From: Methanopyrus kandleri AV19
Lineage (GTDB): Archaea; JAADCQ01; Methanopyri; Methanopyrales; Methanopyraceae
Assembly (NCBI RefSeq): GCF_000007185.1
Contig: NC_003551.1
Span: 1,200,001 to 1,232,000, forward strand
Direction: 5' to 3'
DNA: 32,000 nt
In this document: piece by piece, positions 31,755 to 32,000 of the stretch
Position numbering within the stretch: position 1 is the first letter of the stretch
How the letters are laid out: each line of letters opens with the position of its first letter
Made by a program: the position numbers and the translations under genes
The notes under the pieces: generated by a model
Seen by the model: the letters and a program-made list of their open reading frames with translations, nothing else
What the model was told of the DNA's origin: nothing
Database searches by the model: none

Positions 31755-32000
31755 TCACTCCAGACGTTTCAGCAGGTTCCTCAGCATCTTCGTGTGCCGC
31801 TCCTCGTCGTGCGCGGTACTGATCAGGTACGCCCGTACGTCCTCGCTCATCTCGTCCCCGTACTCCTCGATCACGTTCCTCCTGAGCTCGGCGGCCTGCG
31901 CCTCCCGCTCCGCCAGTCGCTCGACCTCCGCCCTGATGTCCTCGCTCAGCTTCCCGGCGATCCGAGCCACGATCGCGGCGTGCCTCAGCTCCTCGTCCGC
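31755..32000 (-). CDS. Ferritin-like/rubrerythrin-family di-iron four-helix-bundle protein, C-terminal part (partial; continues beyond the right edge)
   Basis: The frame stays open upstream of the ORF-track GTG (31970) to the window edge, reading ADEELRHAAIVARIAGK... Two E-x-x-H motifs (DEELRH, DEERH) about 55 aa apart, with Glu-rich helices between them. Confidence 0.6.
   Translation of the reverse strand, partial: ADEELRHAAIVARIAGKLSEDIRAEVERLAEREAQAAELRRNVIEEYGDEMSEDVRAYLISTAHDEERHTKMLRNLLKRLE

Noticed and set aside
31735-31757. Hairpin GGTCGG-tgttc-CCGACC abutting the ferritin-like gene stop, as an intrinsic terminator
   Set aside because: It is only 6 bp. Archaeal termination relies mainly on oligo-T tracts, and a TTTT tract on the minus strand (about 31697-31700) is a more plausible signal. 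I did not call it as a feature.
1-32000. CRISPR arrays, IS/transposase genes, integrases, prophage or rRNA/tRNA genes
   Set aside because: I saw no regularly spaced direct repeats, no terminal inverted repeats flanking a transposase-like ORF, and no rRNA/tRNA signatures on either strand. The window looks like core chromosome.

Overview
GC-rich, very gene-dense archaeal chromosome segment. Archaeal markers are sn-glycerol-1-phosphate dehydrogenase, aCPSF1/FttA, proteasome beta subunit and an archaeal-order ribosomal protein operon. An AksA-type synthase and the R/E-rich proteins suggest a hyperthermophilic methanogen, probably Methanopyrus-like (inference only). I call 43 protein-coding genes (two partial) and found no rRNA, tRNA, CRISPR array or mobile element. 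Content in order: aksA-like, DUF190, crcB and uppP on the minus strand; an ACT/UPF0210 pair; an isopropylmalate/homoisocitrate dehydrogenase-family gene. Next comes an r-protein operon fragment (Rpp29, S17, L14, L24, S4e, L5, S14, S8, L6, L32e), then purM, aCPSF1, psmB and proS on the minus strand, then egsA. After that: a sufC-sufBD-FKBP unit; a degenerate PP-loop protein; a PD-(D/E)xK nuclease fusion; and an ORFan-HARP (RNA-free RNase P)-ThDP enzyme unit. The window ends with a six-gene Fe-S/NifX-like/MinD-ferredoxin operon, CBS plus ACD-alpha, feoAB, and a partial ferritin-like gene. Most genes are preceded by a long Shine-Dalgarno of the type GAGGGGGTGA, often fused to the upstream stop codon, and several pairs have 4-nt GTGA/TTGA start-stop overlaps. 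I used both to correct five over-extended ORF-track starts. Three findings stand out. (1) The uncharacterised six-gene operon at 24388-27179, which includes two odd low-complexity proteins. (2) A 14-bp palindrome, TTAGG-N4-CCTAA, present exactly three times in the window: twice in that operon's promoter and once just after the feoA TATA box. This implies a shared, probably iron-responsive, regulon. (3) A 560-bp convergent non-coding gap at 31195-31754, anomalous for this genome, with TATA-like boxes and stable nested hairpins, which may hold unannotated RNA gene(s). All family calls rest on motifs read by eye; no database search was possible.
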